From Acetobacteraceae bacterium (GTDB lineage Bacteria > Pseudomonadota > Alphaproteobacteria > Acetobacterales > Acetobacteraceae): a DNA stretch of 64,000 nucleotides. Below, piece by piece: positions 30,199 to 39,063 of this stretch. The notes below the pieces were generated by a model. That model saw only the letters and a program-made list of their open reading frames with translations. It was not told where the DNA came from and did no database searches. The translations under genes and the position numbers were made by a program. The DNA lies in assembly GCA_003506895.1 (NCBI GenBank), contig DNXO01000034.1, positions 26,569 to 90,568 on the forward strand, given 5' to 3'. The number at the start of each line of letters is the position of its first letter. Position 1 is the stretch's first letter.

Positions 30199-31017
30199 AT
30201 GCCGATCCTGACCGAAGACCTGGTCTACCAAAGCCCCAACGGCAAGGACCTGCACGCGTGCCTCTACCGCCCGGAAGGCCCCGGCCCGTTTCCAGCGGTG
30301 CTGGAGGTGCATGGCGGCGCCTGGACATCGGGTGATCGGTTCAACAACGTCACGATCGCGGAAGCGCTCGCCGCTGACGGCGTGGTGGTGTTGTCGATCG
30401 ACTTCCGCATGCCCCCTGATGCGCCCTATCCCGCGGCCAGCCAGGACGTGAACCTGGGCATTCGGTTCCTGAAGGCCAACGCGACGAAATTCGGCAGCCG
30501 TCCCGATCTGGTGGGCGGGCTTGGCACATCCTCCGGTGGCCATTTGCTGCTGCTGAGTGCGCTGCGTCCCAATGATGCGCGCTACACGACGCTGCCTCTT
30601 CCAGGTTCGGATGTGGACGCCTCGTTGGCCTTCGCCATCGCCTGCTGGCCGGTGGCTGATCCGCTGAAGCGCTACCGCACCGTTCAGGCAAACGGGAACG
30701 ACCGGCTGGTGGCGGCGCACGACGCGTTCTGGCCCTCGGTGGAGGACATGACGGACGGCAACCCGACGCTGATCCTGCAGCGCGGCGAATCCGTGGCGAA
30801 ACCGCCGGTGCTGATTATCCAGGGAACCAACGACAACAACCTGACACCCGACATGGCCGGCGGTTTCGCCATGGCCTACGCGGCCGCGGGCGGAAAGGTG
30901 ACGTTCGAGAGTTTTCCCGAACAGCCGCATGCGTTCATCCCGAACGCGCCAGCCGCACCGGCTTCGGTTCAGGCGCTGCACCTGATCAGGGCTTTCGTCC
31001 ATCGCAACACGATCTGA
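30199..31017 (+). CDS. Alpha/beta hydrolase (HSL/acetyl esterase-like)
   Basis: HGGAW, GTSSGGH nucleophile, QGTND acid, PHAF His. Confidence 0.9.
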   Translation: MPILTEDLVYQSPNGKDLHACLYRPEGPGPFPAVLEVHGGAWTSGDRFNNVTIAEALAADGVVVLSIDFRMPPDAPYPAASQDVNLGIRFLKANATKFGSRPDLVGGLGTSSGGHLLLLSALRPNDARYTTLPLPGSDVDASLAFAIACWPVADPLKRYRTVQANGNDRLVAAHDAFWPSVEDMTDGNPTLILQRGESVAKPPVLIIQGTNDNNLTPDMAGGFAMAYAAAGGKVTFESFPEQPHAFIPNAPAAPASVQALHLIRAFVHRNTI

Positions 31018-31087
31018 GCCAAGGGCTTTCGGCGCCGATGGATCGGCGATAGGCTGACTTTGCTTTTCCGCAAGCGGGGAGTCGCTG

Positions 31088-31669
31088 ATGTCCATCGCAC
31101 GGTTGCGCGGCTTCGTCGCCGCCATGACACGGTTGGTCGAGCACAACGGCAACGCCGAGGACGCCGCGCTGGAACCGGCCCGTGACCTGCTGAAAGACCT
31201 TATCGCTCACGACGATTGGCTACCGGATGCCTTCGCCGCCAGCGACACAACAAAATACCGGCAATATCTGCTGTACGGAGATCCACTCGACCGGTTCAGC
31301 CTCGTCAGCTTCGTTTGGGGCCCCGGTCAGCTGACCCCGGTGCATGATCACCTGATGTGGGGACTTGTTGGGATGCTGCGCGGTTCGGAGCAAGCGGTTT
31401 CCTACCACCGCGATAAGGATCGCGGCACCCTCACGGCCGGCGAGCCCGCGCGCCTGCTGCCGGGAATGGTGGACGCGGTGTCGCCGCGCTTGGGCGATAT
31501 TCACACCGTGGCCAATGCGTTGCCGGATCGGCCGTCGATCTCCATACATTTGTATGGCGGCAATATCGGTACCGTGCGGCGACACAGTTTCGCTGCGGCG
31601 ACAGGCGTCATGGCGGAGTTCGTATCTGGCTATTCCTCCGCCACGCTACCGAATCTCTGGGCGGCATGA
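31088..31669 (+). CDS. Gln-type thiol dioxygenase (3-mercaptopropionate dioxygenase-like, CDO family)
   Basis: YRQYLL, FSLVSFVWGPGQLTPVHDH, WGLVGMLRG, SISIHLYGGNIG..RRH. Confidence 0.85.
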   Translation: MSIARLRGFVAAMTRLVEHNGNAEDAALEPARDLLKDLIAHDDWLPDAFAASDTTKYRQYLLYGDPLDRFSLVSFVWGPGQLTPVHDHLMWGLVGMLRGSEQAVSYHRDKDRGTLTAGEPARLLPGMVDAVSPRLGDIHTVANALPDRPSISIHLYGGNIGTVRRHSFAAATGVMAEFVSGYSSATLPNLWAA

Positions 31670-31682
31670 GCAGACATCGGGC

Positions 31683-32510
31683 CTAACTGAACCTGTCGAT
31701 GATCGTCTGCGCCGAAACCCCGTCCGCCCGCAACGACCGCAGCGTCACCGCCCGATCCCGCTTCGCCAAACGCTGCCCCGCTGCATCCACCAGCAACCGG
31801 TGATGCGCATAAACCGGCGCCGGCCATCCCATCAACTCCTGCAGCAGCCGATGCAAATCCGTTGCCGGCTTCAGGTCTTCACCGCGGGTCACCAGCGTCA
31901 CGCCCTGTAGCGCGTCATCATGCGTCACACACAGATGATAGCTTGCTGGTGCGTCCTTGCGGGACAGCACGACGTCGCCGAACCGTTCCGGATGGCAGGC
32001 GATCCGCCCCTGCCCTTCCTCTTCGAAACACAACCCCGGCCGTAGCGCCGCCGCCATATCCAGCCGCAGCGCGAACCGCTCCCCAGCCGCGATGCGCTCT
32101 GCCCCTTCGTTCGGCGACAACCGCCGGCAGGTGCCGGGGTACAGCGGCGCCCCATCCGGCCCGTGTGGCGCGGCGGCGGAGGCCGACACCTCCCGCGCGA
32201 CCTCCGCCCGCGTGCAGAAGCACGGGTAAACCAACCCCTGCTCCGCCAGCGTATCCAGCGCCGCCCGGTACTCGGCCAGGTGCTCGGACTGCACGCGCAC
32301 CAGCCCGTCCCAATCCAAACCCAACCAGGAGAGGTCCTGCTGGATCGCGGCGGCGTATTCCGGGCGGCAACGGCCGGGGTCGATGTCCTCTAACCGCAGC
32401 AGGAACCGCCCGCCCGCCTCCCGCGCCCGCCGCCATGCATTGAACGCCGAAAACGCGTGACCCAGATGCAGGAAGCCGGTTGGGCTCGGCGCGAAACGTG
32501 TGACAATCAT
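31683..32510 (-). CDS. gluQ: Glutamyl-Q tRNA(Asp) synthetase
   Basis: RFAPSPTGFLHLGH, CFCTR, YPGTCR, RLAKR; no anticodon-binding domain. Confidence 0.93.
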   Translation of the reverse strand: MIVTRFAPSPTGFLHLGHAFSAFNAWRRAREAGGRFLLRLEDIDPGRCRPEYAAAIQQDLSWLGLDWDGLVRVQSEHLAEYRAALDTLAEQGLVYPCFCTRAEVAREVSASAAAPHGPDGAPLYPGTCRRLSPNEGAERIAAGERFALRLDMAAALRPGLCFEEEGQGRIACHPERFGDVVLSRKDAPASYHLCVTHDDALQGVTLVTRGEDLKPATDLHRLLQELMGWPAPVYAHHRLLVDAAGQRLAKRDRAVTLRSLRADGVSAQTIIDRFS

Positions 32511-32555
32511 CGGCGTAAGCTATCGCATCGCCGAGCGAATCAGGAGAGTCCCGTC

Positions 32556-33203
32556 ATGCCGACACTGGATGCCATTTATTTTGGACCCGCTTCAAAGGCC
32601 AAGCCGAAGCAACTGGTGGTGCTATGCCATGGCCTTGGGGCCGACGCATACGACCTGATCGACCTGGGTCATGCGTGGCAGCACGCCTGCCCGGACGCGC
32701 TGTTCGCCTCCGTCCACGCGCCGTTTCCGCACGATTCCGGGTTCGGACGGCAGTGGTGGAGCGTCGCTGACCGCTCCCCCCACATCGTCGAGGCCGGGGT
32801 CCGCATGGCCGCCCCCTACCTGCACGGATTCATCGACGCCGAGTTGGGGCGGCTGGAACTGCCGCCGGGGGCCTACGCGATCATGGGCTTCAGCCAGGGG
32901 GCCATGATGTCCTTGTTCACCGGCCTGCGCCGTCCTGTCGCGCCGCGTGCCATCCTGTCGTTCTCCGGTGCGTTGATCGCGTCGGGTTCCCTGGCGAACG
33001 AACTGGCGAACAAAGCGCCAGTGCTGCTCATGCATGGCGAGGCGGACGACGTGGTGCCGGCTTTCCGCTCACGCGAAGCCGAGGCGGCTTTGATTGCCGC
33101 CGATGTGCCCGTGGACGCCCATTACGTCCCCGGCCTGGGACACGGGATCGACGATACCGGCATCTCGCACGGGGCGCTGGCGTTGCAGCGCGGATTTTCC
33201 TAA
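32556..33203 (+). CDS. Phospholipase/carboxylesterase (Abhydrolase_2-like)
   Basis: LCHGLGA, GFSQGAM, HGEADDVV, GHGID. Confidence 0.9.
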   Translation: MPTLDAIYFGPASKAKPKQLVVLCHGLGADAYDLIDLGHAWQHACPDALFASVHAPFPHDSGFGRQWWSVADRSPHIVEAGVRMAAPYLHGFIDAELGRLELPPGAYAIMGFSQGAMMSLFTGLRRPVAPRAILSFSGALIASGSLANELANKAPVLLMHGEADDVVPAFRSREAEAALIAADVPVDAHYVPGLGHGIDDTGISHGALALQRGFS

Positions 33204-34411
33204 CGCCAGAGCTGCCGGCTGGCCCGTTCCGCGCCCTGCGCCAGAGCGTCCAGCTTCGCCCAGGCGATATCGGGATGCACCCGCCCGCCCAGGCCGCAAT
33301 CGGTCGCCGCGATCACGTTTTCCCGCCCGACCACATTGGCGAAGCGCAGGATGCGTTCGGCCACCAGGTCCGGGTGTTCGACCACATTGGTCGCGTGGCT
33401 GACGACACCGGGAAGGATCAGCTTGCCGTCGGGCAGTTTCACGTCCTTCCAGACGCTCCATTCATGTTCATGGCGGACATTCCCTGCCTCGAACGAGTAG
33501 GCCTGGCAGTTGATGGCCAGCATGACATCGACGATGTCCCGCATCGGGATGTCCGTGGTGTGCGGGCCGTGCCAGCTTCCCCAACACAGATGGAAGCGAA
33601 TGCGATCTTGCGGAAGCCCTTTGATCGCATGGTTTAATGCCTCGACGCGTCTCATTGAAAACGCTCTATATTCTTCGACCGTCGGTTCGGGGTTGATCTG
33701 ATCCCAGTTCTCCGCGATGGACGGGTCGTCGAATTGCAGGATCAGCCCGGCATCGACGATCGCCTTGTATTCCTCCCGCATGGCATCGGCGCAGGCGAAC
33801 AGGAACTCGTCGTCGGTCTTGTAGTATGCATTCCCGATGCGCGAGGCGCTGCCGGGCGCCACCGAGGTCATGAACCCTTCCTCGATTCCATTGGCTGCCA
33901 GCGCCGCTTTGAAGTTGGCGATATCCGCCGCGATCGCCGCATGCCCGGTGTAGGTCAACGGCCCGACGCAAACCGGGGTGGACGGGGCGCGTGGCCCGGT
34001 CGTGATCCCGGACTCCGGGTCGTTATAGGCCGCCGCGAACCGCGTCCGGTCGCGCCGGTCGCCGAAGCTGGTCAGCACCACATGCCCGGGCGAGGAACGA
34101 TGCGGCGGTATGTCGTACAGGCCCGGCCCGGAAAGCTCCAATCCGCCGAGGCGCTGGAACGAATAGCTCCACCACGCGCCATAGTTCACCCGGCTGCCCA
34201 TCGACTTGCCGAACTCGCCGTCGCCCGGCAGGTCGATCCCCAACGCTTTCTGGCGGGCGACCACGTCGCTGACGGCGGCGGTGAGTTCGGCCTGGAACGC
34301 GGCTTCCTCGATCCCACCCGAGACCCGCAGGCGATTGGCCTCGATCAGCGCATCGGGCCGCGGCAGGCTGCCGGCGTGGCTGGTGAGGATACGGTCAGTA
34401 CTCGATTTCAT
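33200..34411 (-). CDS. Cobalamin-independent methionine synthase II family protein (MetE C-terminal-only, Zn thiol-activating)
   Basis: LTSHAGSLPRP, GDGEFGK, FHLCWGSWHGPH, EAGNVRHEHEW, TDCGLG. Confidence 0.88.
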   Translation of the reverse strand: MKSSTDRILTSHAGSLPRPDALIEANRLRVSGGIEEAAFQAELTAAVSDVVARQKALGIDLPGDGEFGKSMGSRVNYGAWWSYSFQRLGGLELSGPGLYDIPPHRSSPGHVVLTSFGDRRDRTRFAAAYNDPESGITTGPRAPSTPVCVGPLTYTGHAAIAADIANFKAALAANGIEEGFMTSVAPGSASRIGNAYYKTDDEFLFACADAMREEYKAIVDAGLILQFDDPSIAENWDQINPEPTVEEYRAFSMRRVEALNHAIKGLPQDRIRFHLCWGSWHGPHTTDIPMRDIVDVMLAINCQAYSFEAGNVRHEHEWSVWKDVKLPDGKLILPGVVSHATNVVEHPDLVAERILRFANVVGRENVIAATDCGLGGRVHPDIAWAKLDALAQGAERASRQLWR

Positions 34412-34586
34412 GCGTTCGCCTCCGTTACGCCGGCACTTCGGTGGGATCCAGGGGAATGGTTAATTCGTCCCAATCATGATCTGGCCCGAGATTGCCCGTT
34501 TGTCAGTTGCGATAAACCTAGACCGCTTTCGCGACATCGCGCCATGGCAGTGGTATCGATGCGTGCTGCTTCGGTATGGAATCCAA

Positions 34587-35504
34587 ATGACCATGACCTG
34601 GACCCTGGCCAACGCCCCGCGCCTGGACGGCAAGTATGCGATCGTCACCGGCGCGACCGGCGGACTTGGCTATCAAACCGCGCTTGGTCTCGCCCGCCAG
34701 GGTGCCACCACGGTACTTGCGGGCCGCAACGCCGAAAAGGGTGCGCAAGCGATCCAGCGGATCCAGCGCGAAGTAGCCGACGCCAAAGTCCGGTTCGAGC
34801 CCCTGGACCTCGACAGCCTTGCCTCCGCGGCACATTTCGCGGCCACACAACCAGACACCGTCGATATCCTGGTCAACAACGCGGCCGTCATGGGCCTGCA
34901 GCAGCGGGCGCTTACCCGGGACGGCTTCGAACGGCAGATCGGTGTCAACTATCTCGGCCATTTCGCCCTAACGCTTCGCTTGTTCGGCGCCCTGAAAAAT
35001 GGCGGCCGCGTCGTCAATGTCGCCAGCGTCGCGCACCGTCGGGCAGCGCTAAATCTGGCGGATTTCCAGTCCGAAAAGTCCTACGGCCCGATGCGCGCCT
35101 ACGGACGGAGCAAACTCGCCATGCTGATTTTTTCGCTGGAGCTGCAACGCCGCGCCGACCAGTACGGCTGGAACCTTAAAAGCATGGCCGCGCATCCGGG
35201 CTGGGCGCGAACCGACATCATTCCCAACGGCATCGGCGGCGGCGCGCCCGGGCTGAAGGCCCGCATCGCCGCGGCCGGGTTCAATCTGTTTGCCCAATCC
35301 GCCGCCGACGGCGCGCTGCCCATGCTGTTCGCCGCCATGGCGCCCGAGGCACAGGGCGGGGCCTACTATGGCCCGAACGGCCGAGGCGAAATTCGCGGTG
35401 GCCCGGGACCGGCGCAAATCTTCCCCCAGGCCGCGGACCCTGACGCCGGACTCCAGCTTTGGGCGTTGTCGGAACGACTGACCGCCGTGACCGCACGCGT
35501 ATGA
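34587..35504 (+). CDS. Short-chain dehydrogenase/reductase (retinol dehydrogenase-like)
   Basis: TGATGGLG, NNAAVM, YGRSK, HPG. Confidence 0.92.
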   Translation: MTMTWTLANAPRLDGKYAIVTGATGGLGYQTALGLARQGATTVLAGRNAEKGAQAIQRIQREVADAKVRFEPLDLDSLASAAHFAATQPDTVDILVNNAAVMGLQQRALTRDGFERQIGVNYLGHFALTLRLFGALKNGGRVVNVASVAHRRAALNLADFQSEKSYGPMRAYGRSKLAMLIFSLELQRRADQYGWNLKSMAAHPGWARTDIIPNGIGGGAPGLKARIAAAGFNLFAQSAADGALPMLFAAMAPEAQGGAYYGPNGRGEIRGGPGPAQIFPQAADPDAGLQLWALSERLTAVTARV

Positions 35505-35594
35505 GCGGCTGGGTGAGTCTGGCGTTGACTGGCGATCGGCGCCTGGCTTCGGGGGGATGTTATCGCCACCAGAGAAATGGATTTGCAACGATTG

Positions 35595-35736
35595 ATATCC
35601 ACACGACGCCTGCTCCGAGATGACCAATCTGTTATCCCCCGAAGTTGTGGATAAGTCAGTGGGCAATGGCCGTGTAATGCCCTGAAACAGGCCTCCGACC
35701 GGCATATCCTGGATGATGCTGAAAGTTTGTGCATAC
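35595..35736. promoter_or_regulatory. DnaA box cluster
   Basis: ATATCCACA 35595-35603; TTATCCCCC 35632-35640; perfect TGTGGATAA 35646-35654; TGTGCATAC 35728-35736. Confidence 0.7.
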
Positions 35737-35739
35737 CTA

Positions 35740-35752
35740 TAAGTATTTGATT
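35740..35752 (-). promoter_or_regulatory. IHF consensus site
   Basis: Bottom strand AATCAA-ATAC-TTA matches WATCAANNNNTTR exactly. Confidence 0.65.
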
Positions 35753-35786
35753 TTAAAATATTATTACAAATTGTGAACGCGGTTTA

Positions 35787-35801
35787 TTAACGTATTGTTA
35801 A
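35787..35801. promoter_or_regulatory. Perfect CtrA box
   Basis: TTAA-CGTATTG-TTAA. Confidence 0.7.
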
Positions 35802-35838
35802 GCATCGGATTGCCCTGGGGACGGCCGAAACTCCGCGA

Positions 35839-38800
35839 TTACGCCGCAAGCCGATCCGGGGCGACACCGAACAGGAAATCGATGTCGTCGGCATCCATCG
35901 CCGGCAACGCCATGCCGTCCTCGCTGAGTGCCAGCGACGCCAGCGCGGCCTTGCGTTCCTGGAGTTCGACGATCCGCTCCTCCACTGTGTCGGCGGCGAT
36001 CAGTTTGTAAACGAACACCGATTTCGTCTGGCCGATCCGATGCGCCCGGTCCGAGGCCTGATCCTCCACCGCCGGGTTCCACCACGGATCATAATGGATC
36101 ACCGTATCCGCCGAGGTCAGGTTCAGCCCGCGCCCGCCGGCCTTCAGGCTGATCAGGAACAGTGGGACCTCCCCCGCCTCAAACCGCCGCACCGGATCGG
36201 CGCGATCGGTCGTGTCCCCGCGCAGTTCCACGAACGGCACCCCGGCCGCCACCAGCGCCGGCTTCATCAGGTCCAGCATTGAGGTGAACTGCGAGAACAG
36301 CAGAATCCGCCGCCCCTCGGCGATCATCTCGGACACCATCTCCATCAGATCATCGAGTTTGCTGGAGGATGCCGCGACCTCCGACAGCTTCGCCAGCCTC
36401 GGATCGCAACAGACCTGCCGCAACTTCAGCAGCGCCTGCAACACCAGCACATGGCTTTGCGCCACGCCGCGGGCCGCGATGCCCTCGGTGACTTTCTCAT
36501 GCATCGTGGCGCGGATCGCCTCGTAGAGTTCGCGCTGATCCGGCGCCAGGGTAATGCGCCGCAGGATCGTGTGCTTCGGCGGCAGTTCGGTCGCCACCGC
36601 CGACTTCGTGCGACGCAGGATGAACGGACGGATGCGGGTCGAAAGCTGACCACGGCGCACCGGGTCGCCATCCTTCTCGATCGGGGCGCGGAACCGGCGG
36701 TTGAAGCTTTTGCGCGACCCAAGCAGGCCGGGCATCAGGAAGGCGAACTGCGACCACAACTCGCCCAGGTTGTTCTCGATCGGCGTGCCGGACAGGCACA
36801 GCCGGTGCCGCGTCTCCAGCCGGCAGACCGCATGGGTGGCTTTCGATCCGGGGCTTTTGATCGCCTGGGCCTCGTCCAGCACGACCATGTGCCAGGGCAG
36901 CGTCGCCATCTCCTCGATATCACGGGACAGCACGGTATAGGTGGTGATCACGACATGCACGCCGTCCAGGTCCCGGCGCTTTTCGTGGCGGTCCAGGCCG
37001 TGCAGAACGAGTACCCGCAGATGCGGCGCGAAGCGGGCCAGTTCCGCCGACCAGTTCGGCACCAGCGACGTAGGGACCACCACCAGCACCGGCCGGTCCA
37101 TGCGGCCGGAGGCTTCCTCGATCGCGATATGGGCGATGGTTTGCGCCGTCTTGCCCAGACCCATGTCGTCGGCCAGCAGACCGCCCTGCCCGTTCTCCCG
37201 CAGGTGCTGCAACCAGTTGACGCCCTGCTGCTGATAGGGCCGCAGATCGGCTTTGAAGCTGGCGGGAACCGGCGCCTCGGGGATTTCGGACACCGCCCGG
37301 AAGCGGGCGACGTGCTCGATGATCATCGCGCCGTCCTGCCAGCGCGTGGTCACCAGGTCTTCCAGGTCCAGCACATTCGGCGCGGCGGCGGCATCAAGGG
37401 TCAGCGAGTCGCCGTTGGTCCGGGCCGCGGCCTCCACCAGATCATCCATCACCGCCAGTAGGCGGGCGATCCGGTCGGCGGGCAGCTTCAGGATGCGACC
37501 ATCCTCCAGGCTGGTGACGACCTCGCCACCGATGACCCGGGCGGACGCCATCCCGCCGCGCTCGCGCAGGCGCATCAGGATCGGCAGCAGCGGGTGGCGC
37601 GACCCGTCGATCTCGATCCCGAAATCCAGCGAGAACGCGCCCTGCGGCGCATCCGACACCTTCATGTCGCAAAGCCCGACGGACTCCACCAGACGTGGGC
37701 CGAAATCGGTGTCGATCTGGTTGCGCCATCCCAGCGCTTGCAACACCGGCAGGCGGTCGGCGATGAAGCCCTGCCAGGCCTCGGCGGCATCGCGGCCACG
37801 GAAGACGTAAACCAGGCGCCCCTTGGCGACCTTGGCGGTGGCCATGCGCATTTGCACCAGGCCTTCCTGGCGGATCGATTCCAGCGCGGCCGCCTCGGCG
37901 GTGCGGTCACGCCGAGCAAAGACCGGGCCGCCGGGTTCGTTGATGCGGACGAACTGGCGGTCGTCGTCGAACGGGACGCATGTGCCTTCGTAGTCGAACT
38001 CCAGCAACAGGGCGTCCAGCGTCTGCATGCGGCCGTATTCATCGGGGCACGGAAACCGGGTCAGGCGCACCACCGGGGACATCGGACGGTCAACGATGAC
38101 CTGTTCGGTGATGCTGGGCGGTTCGATGCGGCGTTTCAGCGACGGCGGCGCGGGCGGCGGGGCGACAAACGCCGGCCTGGGGGGCGGCGCGGCCGCCTGG
38201 ATCCGCACCCGTCCGACGGCGCCGTTGTCGGCGTCGATGTACCACGGGCCGGAATCCGCCACGATCACGCCGGACCGAGCCGGCAGCGTGGCCGCGGAAG
38301 CCGACGCGAACAGCCGCGTCTCCCCCTTGATCAGCCGCTTGCCGCCGGCATGCCAGCGCGCCTGGCCGCTTTCGATCAGTGCGTCCAGCAGGTCCACGAC
38401 CAACGTCGGCGCGATGCCGGTCTTGGGGTCGTTGCCCTCACCCATCAAGTAGGCGACGTCGCGCAGGGCGGCCGCGGCCTGCTCGTCCTCGGCGATCTGG
38501 CGCGGCGTGGTTGGCGTGGCGATGCCACTGCGCTCGCCGATCAAGACCGTGGTGACGAAGCAGGCGTGCGGGTGGTCCCCGGGCGCCAGTTCGAAGACAA
38601 TCCGCTGACGCTCTTTCTCCGCCGGCTTGGAGGCCAGCGTGTCGAGGAAGGTCTGCTGTTCCGGCTTACGCAGCTCCGGGAACCGGTCGAGCGCGCCGAA
38701 CGCCGCCGCCGCGAGATGGGCACAGCCCGGCATGCGGCAGGTGCAGCGGTGATCGAACACCACGCGGCGCCCAAACAACGATGGGGTGATGGAAACCGTG

Positions 38801-38952
38801 TAGCTGATCGCCCGGTCCTGCACGGTGCCGGTAATGGTTTCCCCGTCCAGCCTGATATCGACGCCCCCCGCCAAGCCCAACGTACGGCCACGGGTTAGCG
38901 CTCGGCCGTCGAAAATGCGGCCCAGGTCCTGGGAGGAGTACGGCGTCGGCAT
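35839..38952 (-). CDS. SWIM zinc-finger SNF2-family helicase/ATPase
   Basis: SWIM CTC-x4-CAH, LADDMGLGKT, LDEAQ, LSGTPIENN, SLKAGGRGLNLT, QASDRAHRIGQ; start MPTPYS at 38952 chosen by eye. Confidence 0.93.
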   Translation of the reverse strand: MPTPYSSQDLGRIFDGRALTRGRTLGLAGGVDIRLDGETITGTVQDRAISYTVSITPSLFGRRVVFDHRCTCRMPGCAHLAAAAFGALDRFPELRKPEQQTFLDTLASKPAEKERQRIVFELAPGDHPHACFVTTVLIGERSGIATPTTPRQIAEDEQAAAALRDVAYLMGEGNDPKTGIAPTLVVDLLDALIESGQARWHAGGKRLIKGETRLFASASAATLPARSGVIVADSGPWYIDADNGAVGRVRIQAAAPPPRPAFVAPPPAPPSLKRRIEPPSITEQVIVDRPMSPVVRLTRFPCPDEYGRMQTLDALLLEFDYEGTCVPFDDDRQFVRINEPGGPVFARRDRTAEAAALESIRQEGLVQMRMATAKVAKGRLVYVFRGRDAAEAWQGFIADRLPVLQALGWRNQIDTDFGPRLVESVGLCDMKVSDAPQGAFSLDFGIEIDGSRHPLLPILMRLRERGGMASARVIGGEVVTSLEDGRILKLPADRIARLLAVMDDLVEAAARTNGDSLTLDAAAAPNVLDLEDLVTTRWQDGAMIIEHVARFRAVSEIPEAPVPASFKADLRPYQQQGVNWLQHLRENGQGGLLADDMGLGKTAQTIAHIAIEEASGRMDRPVLVVVPTSLVPNWSAELARFAPHLRVLVLHGLDRHEKRRDLDGVHVVITTYTVLSRDIEEMATLPWHMVVLDEAQAIKSPGSKATHAVCRLETRHRLCLSGTPIENNLGELWSQFAFLMPGLLGSRKSFNRRFRAPIEKDGDPVRRGQLSTRIRPFILRRTKSAVATELPPKHTILRRITLAPDQRELYEAIRATMHEKVTEGIAARGVAQSHVLVLQALLKLRQVCCDPRLAKLSEVAASSSKLDDLMEMVSEMIAEGRRILLFSQFTSMLDLMKPALVAAGVPFVELRGDTTDRADPVRRFEAGEVPLFLISLKAGGRGLNLTSADTVIHYDPWWNPAVEDQASDRAHRIGQTKSVFVYKLIAADTVEERIVELQERKAALASLALSEDGMALPAMDADDIDFLFGVAPDRLAA

Positions 38953-39063
38953 TGGGGTCGGGGTGGCCTCAGGCAATGGGTCGGGCGCCGAGTCGGGGGG
39001 CGCTCGGCGGGAGCCGTGTGAGTCGCCTGAAGCGGGGCGCGAATGCAAGGCTTCAGTTGCGCC

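Larger units (their letters stand above)
35505..35838. other. Candidate replication origin (oriC/Cori-like) or DnaA-titration locus
   Basis: Convergent intergenic gap with DnaA boxes, IHF site, AT-rich tract (32/35 A+T at 35738-35772) and perfect CtrA box. Confidence 0.6.

Noticed and set aside
34412-34586. SAM or cobalamin riboswitch upstream of the MetE-like gene
   Set aside because: No SAM-II/SAM-alpha or B12-box core recognisable
35366-35734. 122-aa minus-strand ORF crossing the origin-like region
   Set aside because: No recognisable motifs, overlaps the SDR gene antisense and runs through the DnaA boxes; likely spurious
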